Translations under genes and position numbers: made by a program
In this document: positions 1 through 9,319 of the stretch, in pieces
Numbering within the stretch: position 1 is the stretch's first letter
Layout: each line of letters starts with the position of its first letter
From: Pseudomonadota bacterium
Lineage (GTDB): Bacteria > Desulfobacterota > Anaeroferrophillalia > Anaeroferrophillales > Tharpellaceae
Reading direction: 5' to 3'
Length of the DNA: 40,145 nucleotides
Assembly: GCA_030641485.1 (NCBI GenBank)
Contig: DAOWHJ010000154.1
Span: 1-40,145, forward strand
Notes under the pieces: generated by a model
What the model was told of the DNA's origin: nothing
Seen by the model: only the letters and a program-made list of their open reading frames with translations
Databases searched by the model: none

Positions 1-893
1 ATCTCCAGTGTGCTATCGACAGCGCCCGTGAACTTGGTCTGCTTGGGGAGAATATCATGGGTAGCGGCTTTAATTTCGACATCCATATCAGCAAGGGTGG
101 CGGTGCCTTTGTCTGTGGTGAATCGAGTGCCCTGATCGCCTCAATTGAAGGTGAGGTTGGCGAGCCTCGGGCCAAACATATCCATATGGCTGAAAATGGC
201 CTCTGGGGGAAACCGACGGTCTTAAATAACGTCGAAACCTGGGCCAATGTGCCGTTGATTATCAATCGCGGGGCCGCCTGGTATAAAGGGTTAGGTACTG
301 AAGGTAGCTCCGGTACCAAGATCTTCAGTCTGGTTGGAAAAGTCAAAAATACCGGTCTCGTCGAAGTGCCGATGGGGATCTCCTTACGTAAAATTATCTT
401 TGATATCGGTGGCGGGATTCCTAAAAACCGGGTCTTCAAAGCGGTTCAAACTGGTGGTCCTTCCGGTGGTTGTATTCCTGAAGCTCACCTTGATATGCCA
501 GTTGATTTTGATGCCTTGACCGAGATCGGATCAATGATGGGTTCCGGTGGCATGATTGTTATGGACGACCAGACCTGTATGGTCGATGTCGCCAAATATT
601 TTGTCGCTTTTCTGAAAGAAGAGTCTTGCGGCAAGTGTACGACCTGTCGTGAAGGTCTGCAACGTATGTACGAGATCCTTGACAAAATTACGGAGGGCCA
701 AGGAACTCTTGCCGATATTGACCTGCTTGAGGAGATGGCCCCGGTTATTCAGCAGGCCTCAATGTGTGGACTTGGTAAGACCGCACCCAACCCAGTTTTA
801 AGTACCTTACGCTATTTCCGTGATGAGTACTTGGCTCATATCAATGATAAAAAATGCCCGGCCGGAGTCTGTAAAGCTTTGACGACTTCGTAA
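1..893 (+). CDS. NuoF/HydB/HoxF-like NAD(P)H-binding flavoprotein subunit (5'-partial, C-terminal part)
   Basis: Frame is open from the window edge ([20 protein letters not shown]...). Contains [25 protein letters not shown] and the N3 cluster motif [12 protein letters not shown]...CGLG. Ends at [12 protein letters not shown] with no C-terminal 2x[4Fe-4S] domain. Confidence 0.9.
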   Translation, partial: LQCAIDSARELGLLGENIMGSGFNFDIHISKGGGAFVCGESSALIASIEGEVGEPRAKHIHMAENGLWGKPTVLNNVETWANVPLIINRGAAWYKGLGTEGSSGTKIFSLVGKVKNTGLVEVPMGISLRKIIFDIGGGIPKNRVFKAVQTGGPSGGCIPEAHLDMPVDFDALTEIGSMMGSGGMIVMDDQTCMVDVAKYFVAFLKEESCGKCTTCREGLQRMYEILDKITEGQGTLADIDLLEEMAPVIQQASMCGLGKTAPNPVLSTLRYFRDEYLAHINDKKCPAGVCKALTTS

Positions 894-1003
894 ATCGTCC
901 AGCTACTGCGTTGTCACGAGCCTTCGTCGTTGCGGTGTGCTTTATGTACGCCTCACTCCTCATGTTCGTGGCGCCTTGTATCTGAATAATTTACTTTGTC
1001 GTT
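879..1003. repeat. Short palindromic intergenic repeat (REP/MITE-like), overlapping the nuoF-like stop codon
   Basis: Imperfect terminal inverted repeats gacgacttcgtaaa (881-894) / tttactttgtcgtt (990-1003) and internal stem gtcacgagc/gttcgtggc. Ends resemble those of the elements at ~32.6, 33.6 and 39.4 kb. Confidence 0.6.
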
Positions 1004-1040
1004 CCATTTAAGCTTAATTTAGTTGGAAAGGAATTATGCT

Positions 1041-1763
1041 ATGATTGAGATAACGATTAACGGAAAGAAAAGTGAAGTCGAACGGGGCACGACCATTCTC
1101 AACGCGGCCGCTGCCTTAAGTATAAAAATTCCAACCCTCTGTCACCATGAGTTGCTCGAACCCTATGGCGCCTGTCGTCTCTGCCTGGTTGAGGTTGTTG
1201 ATGGTGATTGGTCAACAGTGACAACCTCCTGTAACTATCCGATCACCAAACCTTTGGTCGTCGAAACCGAAAGTGAAGCGGCTGTGAAAGCCCGGCGTAT
1301 GGTCTTAGAGATGTTGATCGGCCGCTGTAACACCTCGCCAGAGCTTAATCGTTTGGCGGCTGAACACGGTCTTGAAGCCTCTCGCTTTGAACTCAATTAC
1401 GATGATTGTATTCTTTGTGGTCAGTGTGAGCGGGTTTGTCGCGAAGTGGTCGGCGCTAACGCTATCACCTTCGCTCAACGCGGAGTCGATCGCGTGGTCG
1501 TGCCGCCTTTTGCTGAAGAAGCGAATCAGTGCATCGGTTGCGGTGCCTGCGTCTATGTCTGCCCGACCGGTGCTATCCAGATTCAGGAAGATGGGGAACA
1601 GAAGATTATTGATCGCTGGTCCCGGGTTCTTGATCTTAAATACTGCACCTCCTGTGGGGTTGAAGTTGCCCCGGTTTTTCAGTGTGATTATTTTCAAAAA
1701 AAGGCCAATCTCCCGGAAGATTTCTTCGATCTCTGTCGCGATTGTCGAGTAGCGCAACGTTAG
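1041..1763 (+). CDS. NuoG-N-terminal/HoxU-like Fe-S subunit ([2Fe-2S] + 2x[4Fe-4S] + C-terminal CxxC..CxxC)
   Basis: PTLCHH..GACRLC..TSC, CILCGQCERVC, CIGCGACVYVCP, CTSCG..CRDC. ATG at 1041 is preceded by aaggaa, so it is preferred over TTG 1023. Confidence 0.88.
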   Translation: MIEITINGKKSEVERGTTILNAAAALSIKIPTLCHHELLEPYGACRLCLVEVVDGDWSTVTTSCNYPITKPLVVETESEAAVKARRMVLEMLIGRCNTSPELNRLAAEHGLEASRFELNYDDCILCGQCERVCREVVGANAITFAQRGVDRVVVPPFAEEANQCIGCGACVYVCPTGAIQIQEDGEQKIIDRWSRVLDLKYCTSCGVEVAPVFQCDYFQKKANLPEDFFDLCRDCRVAQR

Positions 1764-1810
1764 AAAGTTGAGCTAAACTCTGTTTTGCAAGAAAATTGAA
1801 TATTAACTCC

Positions 1811-1840
1811 AAAAATGGGCCGTGTAAACGGCCCATTTTC
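1811..1840. terminator. Bidirectional intrinsic terminator
   Basis: Perfect stem aaaatgggccgt-gtaa-acggcccatttt between convergent genes. Confidence 0.75.
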
Positions 1841-1920
1841 ACCCCGTCTCATTTGACAAAATGAAACAAATGTAGTGCCATTTGAATCTTTTTTGATATT
1901 TCTTTTTTGGTTATAGTCCT

Positions 1921-3081
1921 TCACTTGAGCAGGTTGATCTGCCCGGTTCGGATTGCATCAATGAACAATTTTCCGGTCAATTTTAGTTTTCCCCAGCCCC
2001 CTTTCTTGTTGGCCATAATGATGTCGTAAAGTTCTTCTCGAGTTTGCGGTGGTTTGGTTTCGGCATTCTTTCTTTGGAGAGAGAGGGCTTGGGTCGGGCA
2101 CGAGGGTACACATAGACCGCAGCCAATACAGCGGTTTAAGTCAATTACGGCGGGCCCATTTAGGGCTACGGTTGCGGCTCCGACCTGGCAGCGTTCTGCA
2201 CAAATGCCACAGCCGTTGCAGGCATCATTATCTATTACAGTGTAAAAATTTGTGGCCCAGAAATCCACAGGTTTCGGCAGGTTTTTGTGCATGGCGATCA
2301 TGCCGCAACAGCAACCGCAACAGGAACAGATGAACTCAGCCTTTTCCGTATTTGACGGCTGCAGAACCAAGCCCTGTTTTTGGTTTTGTTCAATGATCGA
2401 GATCGCCTCATCTCGGGTGATTTCTCGCCCCAGGCCTTGGCGCAGGACGCCTTGAGCCATGTCGCCAACAGCTAGGCAGGTCTCTTCTCGGTCAGTGATT
2501 TGACAGGGTTCTCCCGCTAAACTCTTTTTTTGGCGGCAGATACATGCGAATATGGCAAAAGGTGCTTCAGCTTTTTGCATTAAATCCGCGACTTCATCGA
2601 ATGTACTGACATTATGTTGCGGTTGGATGCTTTCGGCAATGGGAATAGTTCGCATCTGGGGTAGTTCTGTGCTTAAAAAGTCTACGCCAAATTTTTTAGT
2701 TGCAGTGTATTCGTTGAAGTCCTCAATAAACTCAGGAGTAAGTTTACCTAGTTGAAATTCAAACATTCCGACAACCAGAGGGGCATTACAAAAAAGTTTT
2801 TTACCCTCTTTGATTTTCAGTTCAATACCGCCTTTTTTTTCGATAGAATCAAGTAACTTCTCTAGTTGTTCTGGTGACTCAACTAGGTATCCGGCCCGAT
2901 TAAATATAGTTTCAAGTGATTCAAACCTAAAGCTCAGGCAGGTTGCGGCCTCCGCCTCTATCGGTGTGAAAATGTGCTTTAAAATCCTTATTTCAGCCCC
3001 TGATTTTGTTGCCGGGAAGCCTACGGCCTGGCTGTCTAAATGGCGTTGCAGTTTAATGTAAGCAAGTTCAGTTGTTGTCAC
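1921..3081 (-). CDS. Cys-rich 4Fe-4S dicluster-domain protein
   Basis: CICRQ..PC..TC, CSCCGCCCG, then CNGCGICAERC / CIGCGLCVPSCP ferredoxin motifs. GTG start with gaggt RBS. Confidence 0.85.
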   Translation of the reverse strand: MTTTELAYIKLQRHLDSQAVGFPATKSGAEIRILKHIFTPIEAEAATCLSFRFESLETIFNRAGYLVESPEQLEKLLDSIEKKGGIELKIKEGKKLFCNAPLVVGMFEFQLGKLTPEFIEDFNEYTATKKFGVDFLSTELPQMRTIPIAESIQPQHNVSTFDEVADLMQKAEAPFAIFACICRQKKSLAGEPCQITDREETCLAVGDMAQGVLRQGLGREITRDEAISIIEQNQKQGLVLQPSNTEKAEFICSCCGCCCGMIAMHKNLPKPVDFWATNFYTVIDNDACNGCGICAERCQVGAATVALNGPAVIDLNRCIGCGLCVPSCPTQALSLQRKNAETKPPQTREELYDIIMANKKGGWGKLKLTGKLFIDAIRTGQINLLK

Positions 3082-3212
3082 CTTGCACCTCTTTTTTTGA
3101 TGAATTTAGAGCGGAGCCAGTTTTTGTGAAAGAAGTGGAAGCCAATGGCCACAACTCCAAACTTAACTGATATGTGATTTTCTGAGCTGGGACCGCTGGT
3201 GTAGATTGTTGC

Positions 3213-4010
3213 TTAGCGATACTCTTTGCGAGCTGATAAGTAATTGAAAAAGGTTGGAAAAAAACGTCTGATTGTGGGAGCTAGGCCGCTGATGCCCTGG
3301 CCGATAATTACTTCATCCTGGTGTTGTTCAATTGCATTAATAATTTTATTACAACAGACATCTACGGCCATTCCATTTTCAGTTGCATGATCTCGGTGCT
3401 GCTGTGGTTTGCCCTCGGCATTGAGTGAGTTGATATCAATATCAGTCTTGATGAAACCTGGGCAGACGGTGAGGCAATGAATTCCTGATTGCTTGGTCTC
3501 CGCGCGCAGGCAGTCCATAAATCCGACAACCGCATATTTTGAACCAGAATATCCGCTGCGTAATTTCGAACCTATTTTGCCAGCAACGCTGCTGATGGTA
3601 ACGACAATTCCTGATTTACGTTCGACCATGCCGGGGAGTACCACTTTGGTTAGGGCGACAGTGCCCAGGTAATTGACCTCCATAAGGCGGCGAAATACTG
3701 AGAAATCTGTTTCTAAAAACAGTGATCGTTGGGAAATGCCGCCATTATTTATAAGAATATCTACGCTTTCGAATTTAGCCAAAAGAGCCGGGGCTTGAGC
3801 GAACAAAGCCTCAGGGTCAGCAAGGTCTAGAGCCGCGACCCAATGGCGACTCTTCCCTCCAGGTAATTCATCACGAATCTTTTCCAGAAGGTCTGCACGA
3901 CGGGATGATAGTATAATTTTTGCTCCACGAGCAGCCAACTGCTTGCTGAGTTCCAATCCGATGCCGGAGGAGGCGCCGGTTATCCAAATAATCTTATCGG
4001 TAAAGTTCAT
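3213..4010 (-). CDS. Short-chain dehydrogenase/reductase (SDR)
   Basis: TGASSGIG Rossmann motif, NNGG, catalytic YSGSK. Confidence 0.92.
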   Translation of the reverse strand: MNFTDKIIWITGASSGIGLELSKQLAARGAKIILSSRRADLLEKIRDELPGGKSRHWVAALDLADPEALFAQAPALLAKFESVDILINNGGISQRSLFLETDFSVFRRLMEVNYLGTVALTKVVLPGMVERKSGIVVTISSVAGKIGSKLRSGYSGSKYAVVGFMDCLRAETKQSGIHCLTVCPGFIKTDIDINSLNAEGKPQQHRDHATENGMAVDVCCNKIINAIEQHQDEVIIGQGISGLAPTIRRFFPTFFNYLSARKEYR

Positions 4011-4029
4011 ATTTTTTCTCAGCCAACTA

Positions 4030-4248
4030 CTACTGTTTTTTGACGACCGTTATACTATTAGTTTCAAATTTAACGATCATTCCGGCGTTGATTTTCCTGC
4101 GTTTACGGGTCTCAATTACTCCATTCACAGTGACTAATTCATCTTCAATGACAATTTTAGCATGGCCCCCGGTACCGCAGAGACCGCTGGCTTTGAGGAG
4201 TTTGTTGAGTTCAATGTATGCGTCAGATATTACAAAATCTTGATTCAT
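4030..4248 (-). CDS. S4-domain RNA-binding protein (YbcJ/YaaA-like)
   Basis: YIELNKLLKASGLCGTGGHAKIVI..VTVNGVIETRKRRKI is the typical YbcJ pattern. Confidence 0.88.
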   Translation of the reverse strand: MNQDFVISDAYIELNKLLKASGLCGTGGHAKIVIEDELVTVNGVIETRKRRKINAGMIVKFETNSITVVKKQ

Positions 4249-4262
4249 ATTTCCCTACCTTT

Positions 4263-4970
4263 TTAACGGTTCAAAAGTGAATTGAAATAAGCTGGAACCT
4301 CGGTTGTAAAGGTCATCGGTTTTTTGCTGTGGGGGTGGAATATGGTTATGGTTGCAGCATGAAGCGTAAGTCTTTTAATCCCTTTGGCTTTTTCCCCATA
4401 GACTTTGTCGCCGGCGACCGGACAGCCCTGGTCGGCAAAATGTACCCGGATCTGATTTTTCCGGCCGGTTAAAAGCTCGATTTCGAGCAGGCTGAACCTC
4501 GCTGATTCGCGGAGTATTTTATAGGCGGTTTGGGCGAGTTTGCCGCTCTTAGGATCATCAACCGAATACATTTTATGGGCCCGGTTTTCGGCCAGGTATG
4601 AAGAGATTATGCCCTCTTGTTTAGGTAACGTTCCATGAATTACAGCCAAGTACTTTTTCGTGAAGTTGTGCCACTCCTTCTGGAGAAAAAATTTGGCCGG
4701 CTCAGTTTTTGCAAAAACGATAACCCCTGAGGTGTCCCGGTCTAAGCGGTGGACAATAAATATGCGGTTGCGTGATTTCGGGTTCCCCTTGCGAACATAT
4801 TTAGTTAGAAGAAAATAGGCTGTATTCTCTTTGACCTTCTCGCTACTCACGGTTAAAAGGCCGTTTATTTTATCGACAACCAGAATGTCTTGATCTTCGT
4901 AGAGGATCGAAATCCCCCGAGGTTGAAATTTTTTCGCGGGGCTTTTAAAGTTTTTCTGCGCTTCATGCAT
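4263..4970 (-). CDS. RluA-family RNA pseudouridine synthase
   Basis: VHRLDRDTSG catalytic motif, GRKNQIRVH, GDKVYG, LHA. Start uncertain (ATG 4970 or 5033). Confidence 0.9.
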   Translation of the reverse strand: MHEAQKNFKSPAKKFQPRGISILYEDQDILVVDKINGLLTVSSEKVKENTAYFLLTKYVRKGNPKSRNRIFIVHRLDRDTSGVIVFAKTEPAKFFLQKEWHNFTKKYLAVIHGTLPKQEGIISSYLAENRAHKMYSVDDPKSGKLAQTAYKILRESARFSLLEIELLTGRKNQIRVHFADQGCPVAGDKVYGEKAKGIKRLTLHAATITIFHPHSKKPMTFTTEVPAYFNSLLNR

Positions 4971-5105
4971 TAAATCGTTACCTGTTTTGGTTGATGTCGT
5001 ATATTGGTTAATTTTAGTAATTGCGGGGGACATAACCTGATTTCTTTAAAGAAATCGGTATTGTGTACCCTGAATTTACGGGTTAGCAGAACCGTTACTG
5101 AAGCT

Positions 5106-6203
5106 TCAGCGCTTTTCCTGCATTTGTCTCATAAACACTCTTTTTCGACGCTGGTCAAGGTGCCCGATAAATATATTTAAATCATGAATCCTATGGATAT
5201 CAATGAGCCTGTTTTCAACCATATAGTTTAGATAGTCGGTTTTTGAGATCTTATTTTGCCAGTTGCCGCTTTGTCGAGCCAGGAATGATCCTCCGGAAAA
5301 GATGAAAATGGCAACTATACCAACCGCGACCGGTTTTAATCTGAACTTATTTCCAGGTAAGGCTAGAGCCAGGGTGCCTCTTTCTGGGCAGACATCAACA
5401 CATTTACCGCAGGCAAAACATTCATCGGAGATAACATTTACGGTTTGGCTGACATTTATGGATGATGGGCAGACTCTGTCACACTTTCCGCACGATACGC
5501 AAGTCTTTTCCTGGCGTCTTATCTTGAACGGGCTCCAGAAACTCAATAATCCCAGTAGGGCTCCATAGGGGCATAGATATCGGCACCAGAAGTTGCGGAT
5601 TGAAATCGAGAGAACAATAAGTGAGAGGATAATGATTGTTGCGGTTAGGGTGATGTCAGAAAAAAACAAGAGCATTTTAATGTCGGCAAGTTTATTGTAC
5701 GAGCTGAAGAGGAACTGCTTGATTACAAAGTGGCTCATTTTGAAAAAGATCGTATATATAAAGAAGATAAGCAGGCCATATTTGATCAGGCGCAGAGGGT
5801 AATCAATAAAGTGGTTTACGCGCAGGCCACGTTTGAAAAGCTGGAGATGTATTTTCACCAGAATTTCTGATAGAAAACCGATTGGGCAGACATAGCTGCA
5901 GAAACTTTTCTTGATTAGGAGGGAGAGAGCTAAAATAAACAGAAAAATCAGAAGTCCAGAAGGGTGAATATCATTAACAATCCCGGTTTGGAAAAAATAT
6001 TTCAGACTGATAAGCGCACTAATCGGCAAAAAACCTTCGACCCCAGGAGGTCGGTCAATGTCTGGAATAATCCCGGTTTCAAGTTGCGCCGTAAAACTGT
6101 AAAATTTATAGCCAATCACAATGATGGTGATAAGAAAAATTATCTGGCTAAAGTTTCTTGTGCAACAAAACTTGGCCGAAATAAGGTTGAATTTTTTGAT
6201 CAT
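5106..6203 (-). CDS. Membrane polyferredoxin (NapH/MauN/YccM-like 4Fe-4S binding protein)
   Basis: Several hydrophobic helices, FCSYVCPIG and WCRYLCPYG motifs, CVSCGKCDRVCP / CFACGKCVDVCP. Start uncertain (6203 ATG or 6239). Confidence 0.88.
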   Translation of the reverse strand: MIKKFNLISAKFCCTRNFSQIIFLITIIVIGYKFYSFTAQLETGIIPDIDRPPGVEGFLPISALISLKYFFQTGIVNDIHPSGLLIFLFILALSLLIKKSFCSYVCPIGFLSEILVKIHLQLFKRGLRVNHFIDYPLRLIKYGLLIFFIYTIFFKMSHFVIKQFLFSSYNKLADIKMLLFFSDITLTATIIILSLIVLSISIRNFWCRYLCPYGALLGLLSFWSPFKIRRQEKTCVSCGKCDRVCPSSINVSQTVNVISDECFACGKCVDVCPERGTLALALPGNKFRLKPVAVGIVAIFIFSGGSFLARQSGNWQNKISKTDYLNYMVENRLIDIHRIHDLNIFIGHLDQRRKRVFMRQMQEKR

Positions 6204-6293
6204 TATGGAAATTACCGATATGTTGTGGTAAGAAAACAACCTGTAAGATCACTGATCTTTCGTAGGTTTACATCTCTTGTGGTGGGTAAAAAT

Positions 6294-6791
6294 ATGCGTA
6301 ATAAACCTGTAGTTGTTGTTAGTCGATGTTTGGGCTTTGGTGTTTGTCGTTGGAATGGGGTGGCAATTGAAAGTCGTTTGGTTGCAGAACTCGAGGGTGA
6401 TGTTGACTTCTTGCCGGTTTGTCCTGAGTGTGAGGTTGGGCTCGGAGTGCCGCGTCAGCCGATTCGTTTGGTGCGTAAAAAATTAAGTTTGGCTTTGGTG
6501 CAACCGAGAACCGGGATCGATTTGACCCGTATAATGGTCAAATTTTCGGAAAAGTTTCTCCAATCTCTTGACCGGGTTGACGGTTTCATCTTGAAGCGTA
6601 AATCACCCTCCTGCGGCCTTGCGGGTATCCCAATCTATGAGAGCCCGGATTCAGAGTGTCCCCTGAATAGAAACGGCTCGGGATTCTTTGCCCAGGCCGC
6701 ACATGAACTCTTTCCTCATATCCCTAAGGAAGATGAGGGATGCTTGGATAGCGGTACATTTTTGGAGCAGATCTTTCACGGCACCTCTTAA
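6294..6791 (+). CDS. DUF523-family protein (2-thiouracil desulfurase-like [4Fe-4S] protein)
   Basis: SRCLG..CRWNG, PVCPECEVGLGVPR, LKRKSPSCG. True start is probably ATG 6294; the upstream extension to 5964 overlaps the opposite-strand gene. Confidence 0.85.
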   Translation: MRNKPVVVVSRCLGFGVCRWNGVAIESRLVAELEGDVDFLPVCPECEVGLGVPRQPIRLVRKKLSLALVQPRTGIDLTRIMVKFSEKFLQSLDRVDGFILKRKSPSCGLAGIPIYESPDSECPLNRNGSGFFAQAAHELFPHIPKEDEGCLDSGTFLEQIFHGTS

Positions 6792-7180
6792 GTGATCACC
6801 TCTTTTACTGTTTGGCTTAAAACGGCAAAGTGAAATGGTTTTGAGCAGTTAGCTTTGAATCCATAAGCGTTAAAATCAGCCATCACCGGGTCGTTTGAGT
6901 AGCCACTACAGACGATACCTTTTGCCATCGGGTCAATAGCTAGAAGTTCACTCATAGCCTCTTCCCCGCCCATGCCTCCGGGGATGGTGAGATCCATTAT
7001 CACGAGATCATAGGGTTTTCCCTGTTGGAGCGCGACTTGGTATTCGGCGAGCATGGAGGTGCCGTCAATTGTACCGTTGACTTCATAGCCCAAATCAGTC
7101 AAGAGCTCGATGCAGATCTCGCGTACAATCTCTTCATCATCCATCACCAGAATTCGTCCCGATTCGCTTGCAAGATCCAT
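6788..7180 (-). CDS. Stand-alone response-regulator receiver protein
   Basis: ILVMDDE, DLVIMDLTIPGGMGG, SGY, KPF. Its stop shares the TTAA at 6788-6791 with the convergent DUF523 gene. Confidence 0.88.
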   Translation of the reverse strand: MDLASESGRILVMDDEEIVREICIELLTDLGYEVNGTIDGTSMLAEYQVALQQGKPYDLVIMDLTIPGGMGGEEAMSELLAIDPMAKGIVCSGYSNDPVMADFNAYGFKANCSKPFHFAVLSQTVKEVIT

Positions 7181-7425
7181 TTCGGTTACTCCCCTTCACC
7201 TGTTCACATTTCTATGTCTTATACTTCATAACACACCTTTGTCTTAGACACAAAATCTCTTTTGCCATAATTGGCAGGGGCTTGTGTTTGACTGGATAAT
7301 GATATGGAGTGTCGCTGCCCCGGAAAGCTCATTCTGGAATTCGTGGATGTTTACGGGCGGGGTAGTGCATCCTGAAAAGCGTGGGTGTATTCCTGAGAAA
7401 ACACCGGCCATTTTACTGCGCCTTC

Positions 7426-7500
7426 AAGGGTTGTTTTGCCGGATTGTCGCGGCCCCAGAATAGCCGTAACCAGAAATTCAGCCATTAGTGTTCGCAACTC
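7426..7500 (-). pseudogene. Remnant N-terminus of an AAA_14/DUF4143-type ATPase
   Basis: Translates ELRTLMAEFLVTAILGPRQSGKTTL (Walker A in the context typical of this family); similarity stops immediately afterwards. Confidence 0.5.
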
Positions 7501-7510
7501 GTTTTTATCC

Positions 7511-7570
7511 TTGACAAAGGTGGCGTCGGAGGGTATCAGTGTGGGTGATTGTGGTTCATTGTGGACTGAA
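7511..7570 (+). promoter_or_regulatory. dcw promoter with MraZ-binding direct repeats
   Basis: TTGACA (7511-7516), 17 nt spacer, weak -10 TATCAG (7534-7539), then GTGG at 7541, 7551 and 7561 (10-bp period), directly upstream of mraZ. Confidence 0.7.
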
Positions 7571-7589
7571 AATGTCGATTTGGTGAAAA

Positions 7590-7997
7590 ATGGCGCAGAC
7601 ATTTATAGGTAGTTACGAGTATTCTCTCGATGCAAAGGGGAGATTTAAGGTTCCGGCAGCGTATCGGGAGATACTGTTGCAGGACTATGACTACAGCCTG
7701 GTTGTGGCCACGGCTGTGGACCCGGATGCAGAAACCTATCTTGATTGTTTTCCGTTTGCGGTATGGAGTTCTTACGAAAAAGATCTTTTGGTTATGTCCA
7801 AGCGGGAGAGGCGTAAGGCGGTTGCAAGTGCACGTGAGTGTGCTCTGGATAAACAGGGACGGCTTCTGTTGCCGCCCACGTTGCGTGAACAGGCCGGATT
7901 GGGCCAAGAGTGCAATGATGTTGTTGTTGTCGGAAGTTTAGACCGGTTGGAGATCTGGAGCCGGGAACGATGGCTCAGAGAGTGTGAAAAGGATTAA
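7590..7997 (+). CDS. mraZ: Division/cell-wall cluster transcriptional repressor MraZ
   Basis: Two LDxxGR motifs (LDAKGRFKVP, LDKQGRLLLP), LEIW, first gene of dcw cluster. Confidence 0.93.
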   Translation: MAQTFIGSYEYSLDAKGRFKVPAAYREILLQDYDYSLVVATAVDPDAETYLDCFPFAVWSSYEKDLLVMSKRERRKAVASARECALDKQGRLLLPPTLREQAGLGQECNDVVVVGSLDRLEIWSRERWLRECEKD

Positions 7998-8080
7998 TTG
8001 CTTTCTGAAACTCTGATTGTGGAATTGAGTGGACTTAGGAGAGGCTTTCCAAGTCTTTGCGGATGGAGTGCTGACACGAA

Positions 8081-9022
8081 ATGGGACATGTCCCGGTTCT
8101 TTTACAAGAGAGTATCGATCTTTTGCTTGATGCCGGAGGTAGTTTGGCAGGTGATAAGCTGATTGTTGATGCAACGTTTGGCGGCGGAGGCCATACGCGT
8201 AAATTGCTTGAGCTCAGTTCCGAGAGAACTGTGGTTGTTGCGATTGATCGTGATCCGGCGGCAGAGTTGAGGAGTCTATCGCTGAAGCAGGGGTTTGGTC
8301 CCCGTTTTAGGCTTTTAGCGGGTAATTTTGCTGAGCTTGATCTGCTTTTGGATGAGGCTGGGATTGGTCAGATTGATGGTTTGCTCCTTGACATAGGGCT
8401 TTCCAGTTTTCAACTGGATGAGGGTGGACGCGGTTTTAGTTTTCGGTCTGATGGGCCATTAGATATGCGTATGGATCCGACTACGGGTAGCCCGGCTTCT
8501 GCAATTATTCAAGAGGCAGATTGTGAGACCTTGGTGCGAATCTTTCGTGATTTCGGTGAGGAGCCCTACGCGTTAACCATTGCCCGTAAAATTATAGCAA
8601 CTAGGGAGCAGAGGCCGTTGTTGACAACGCGCTCGCTAGCTCAGTTAATTGCGGAGATGGTGCCCGAGTATAAGCGTTCTCGGCGACACCCTGCGACTTT
8701 GGTTTTTCAAGCGTTAAGGATTGTGGTTAACGATGAGCTTGGTGCTTTGGAACGGGTGTTGCGAATCGGTCTTGAGCGACTTAACCAGGGGGGACGGATG
8801 GTGGTTATCTCATACCATTCCCTTGAAGACCGTCTCGTGAAACGTTTTTTTCGGGACTCCGTAAAAGGCTGTATATGCCCGCCAAGGGTGCCAATTTGTG
8901 GCTGCGGCAGGGTTAGTCTAGTGAAAGTTTTGAACCGGTCTGGATTACGGCCGCAAAGTGCTGAGGTCGAGCGTAACCCTCGCAGTCGCAGTGCTTGTCT
9001 GCGGGCAATTGAGCGGTTGTAG
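8081..9022 (+). CDS. rsmH: 16S rRNA m4C1402 methyltransferase RsmH
   Basis: HVPVLL, DATFGGGGH, RGFSF..GPLDMRMD, FQALRIVVN, ISYHSLEDRLVK, NPRSRSA. Confidence 0.97.
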   Translation: MGHVPVLLQESIDLLLDAGGSLAGDKLIVDATFGGGGHTRKLLELSSERTVVVAIDRDPAAELRSLSLKQGFGPRFRLLAGNFAELDLLLDEAGIGQIDGLLLDIGLSSFQLDEGGRGFSFRSDGPLDMRMDPTTGSPASAIIQEADCETLVRIFRDFGEEPYALTIARKIIATREQRPLLTTRSLAQLIAEMVPEYKRSRRHPATLVFQALRIVVNDELGALERVLRIGLERLNQGGRMVVISYHSLEDRLVKRFFRDSVKGCICPPRVPICGCGRVSLVKVLNRSGLRPQSAEVERNPRSRSACLRAIERL

Positions 9023-9031
9023 GTTTCCCTG

Positions 9032-9319
9032 GTGGCCGCAAATAAACAACCGGCAACATCGCAGTGGGGTTTGTTGAATGGCTGTTTGCTGGTGGTTTTG
9101 GTTTTTATGGTTTTCTACTGCTCCTGGGTGAATAATAAGATTGTCACGCGGGGGTATCGACTGAATGAATTGCGAAAAAGTGAAAAACATTTAATTGAGG
9201 AGCAGGGTAAACTTGAAGCGGAATTGGCGACGTTGAAAAGGCCGCAAAATCTGGCTCGTCTTGCTCGCCAGTTGGGACTGAAAGAGCCTCGTTCAGGGCA
9301 TAAAATAGTGCTACCATGA
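9032..9319 (+). CDS. ftsL: Cell division protein FtsL
   Basis: Single TM helix followed by coiled coil, LGLKEP C-terminal motif, located between rsmH and ftsI. Confidence 0.8.
   Translation: MAANKQPATSQWGLLNGCLLVVLVFMVFYCSWVNNKIVTRGYRLNELRKSEKHLIEEQGKLEAELATLKRPQNLARLARQLGLKEPRSGHKIVLP

Noticed and set aside
5964-6293. 110-aa N-terminal extension of the DUF523 ORF
   Set aside because: It overlaps the opposite-strand polyferredoxin gene; family similarity begins at MRNKPVVVVS (6294).
7351-7602. 83-aa minus-strand ORF as a functional ATPase
   Set aside because: It has only a Walker A fragment and overlaps the mraZ start and promoter; treated as a relic.
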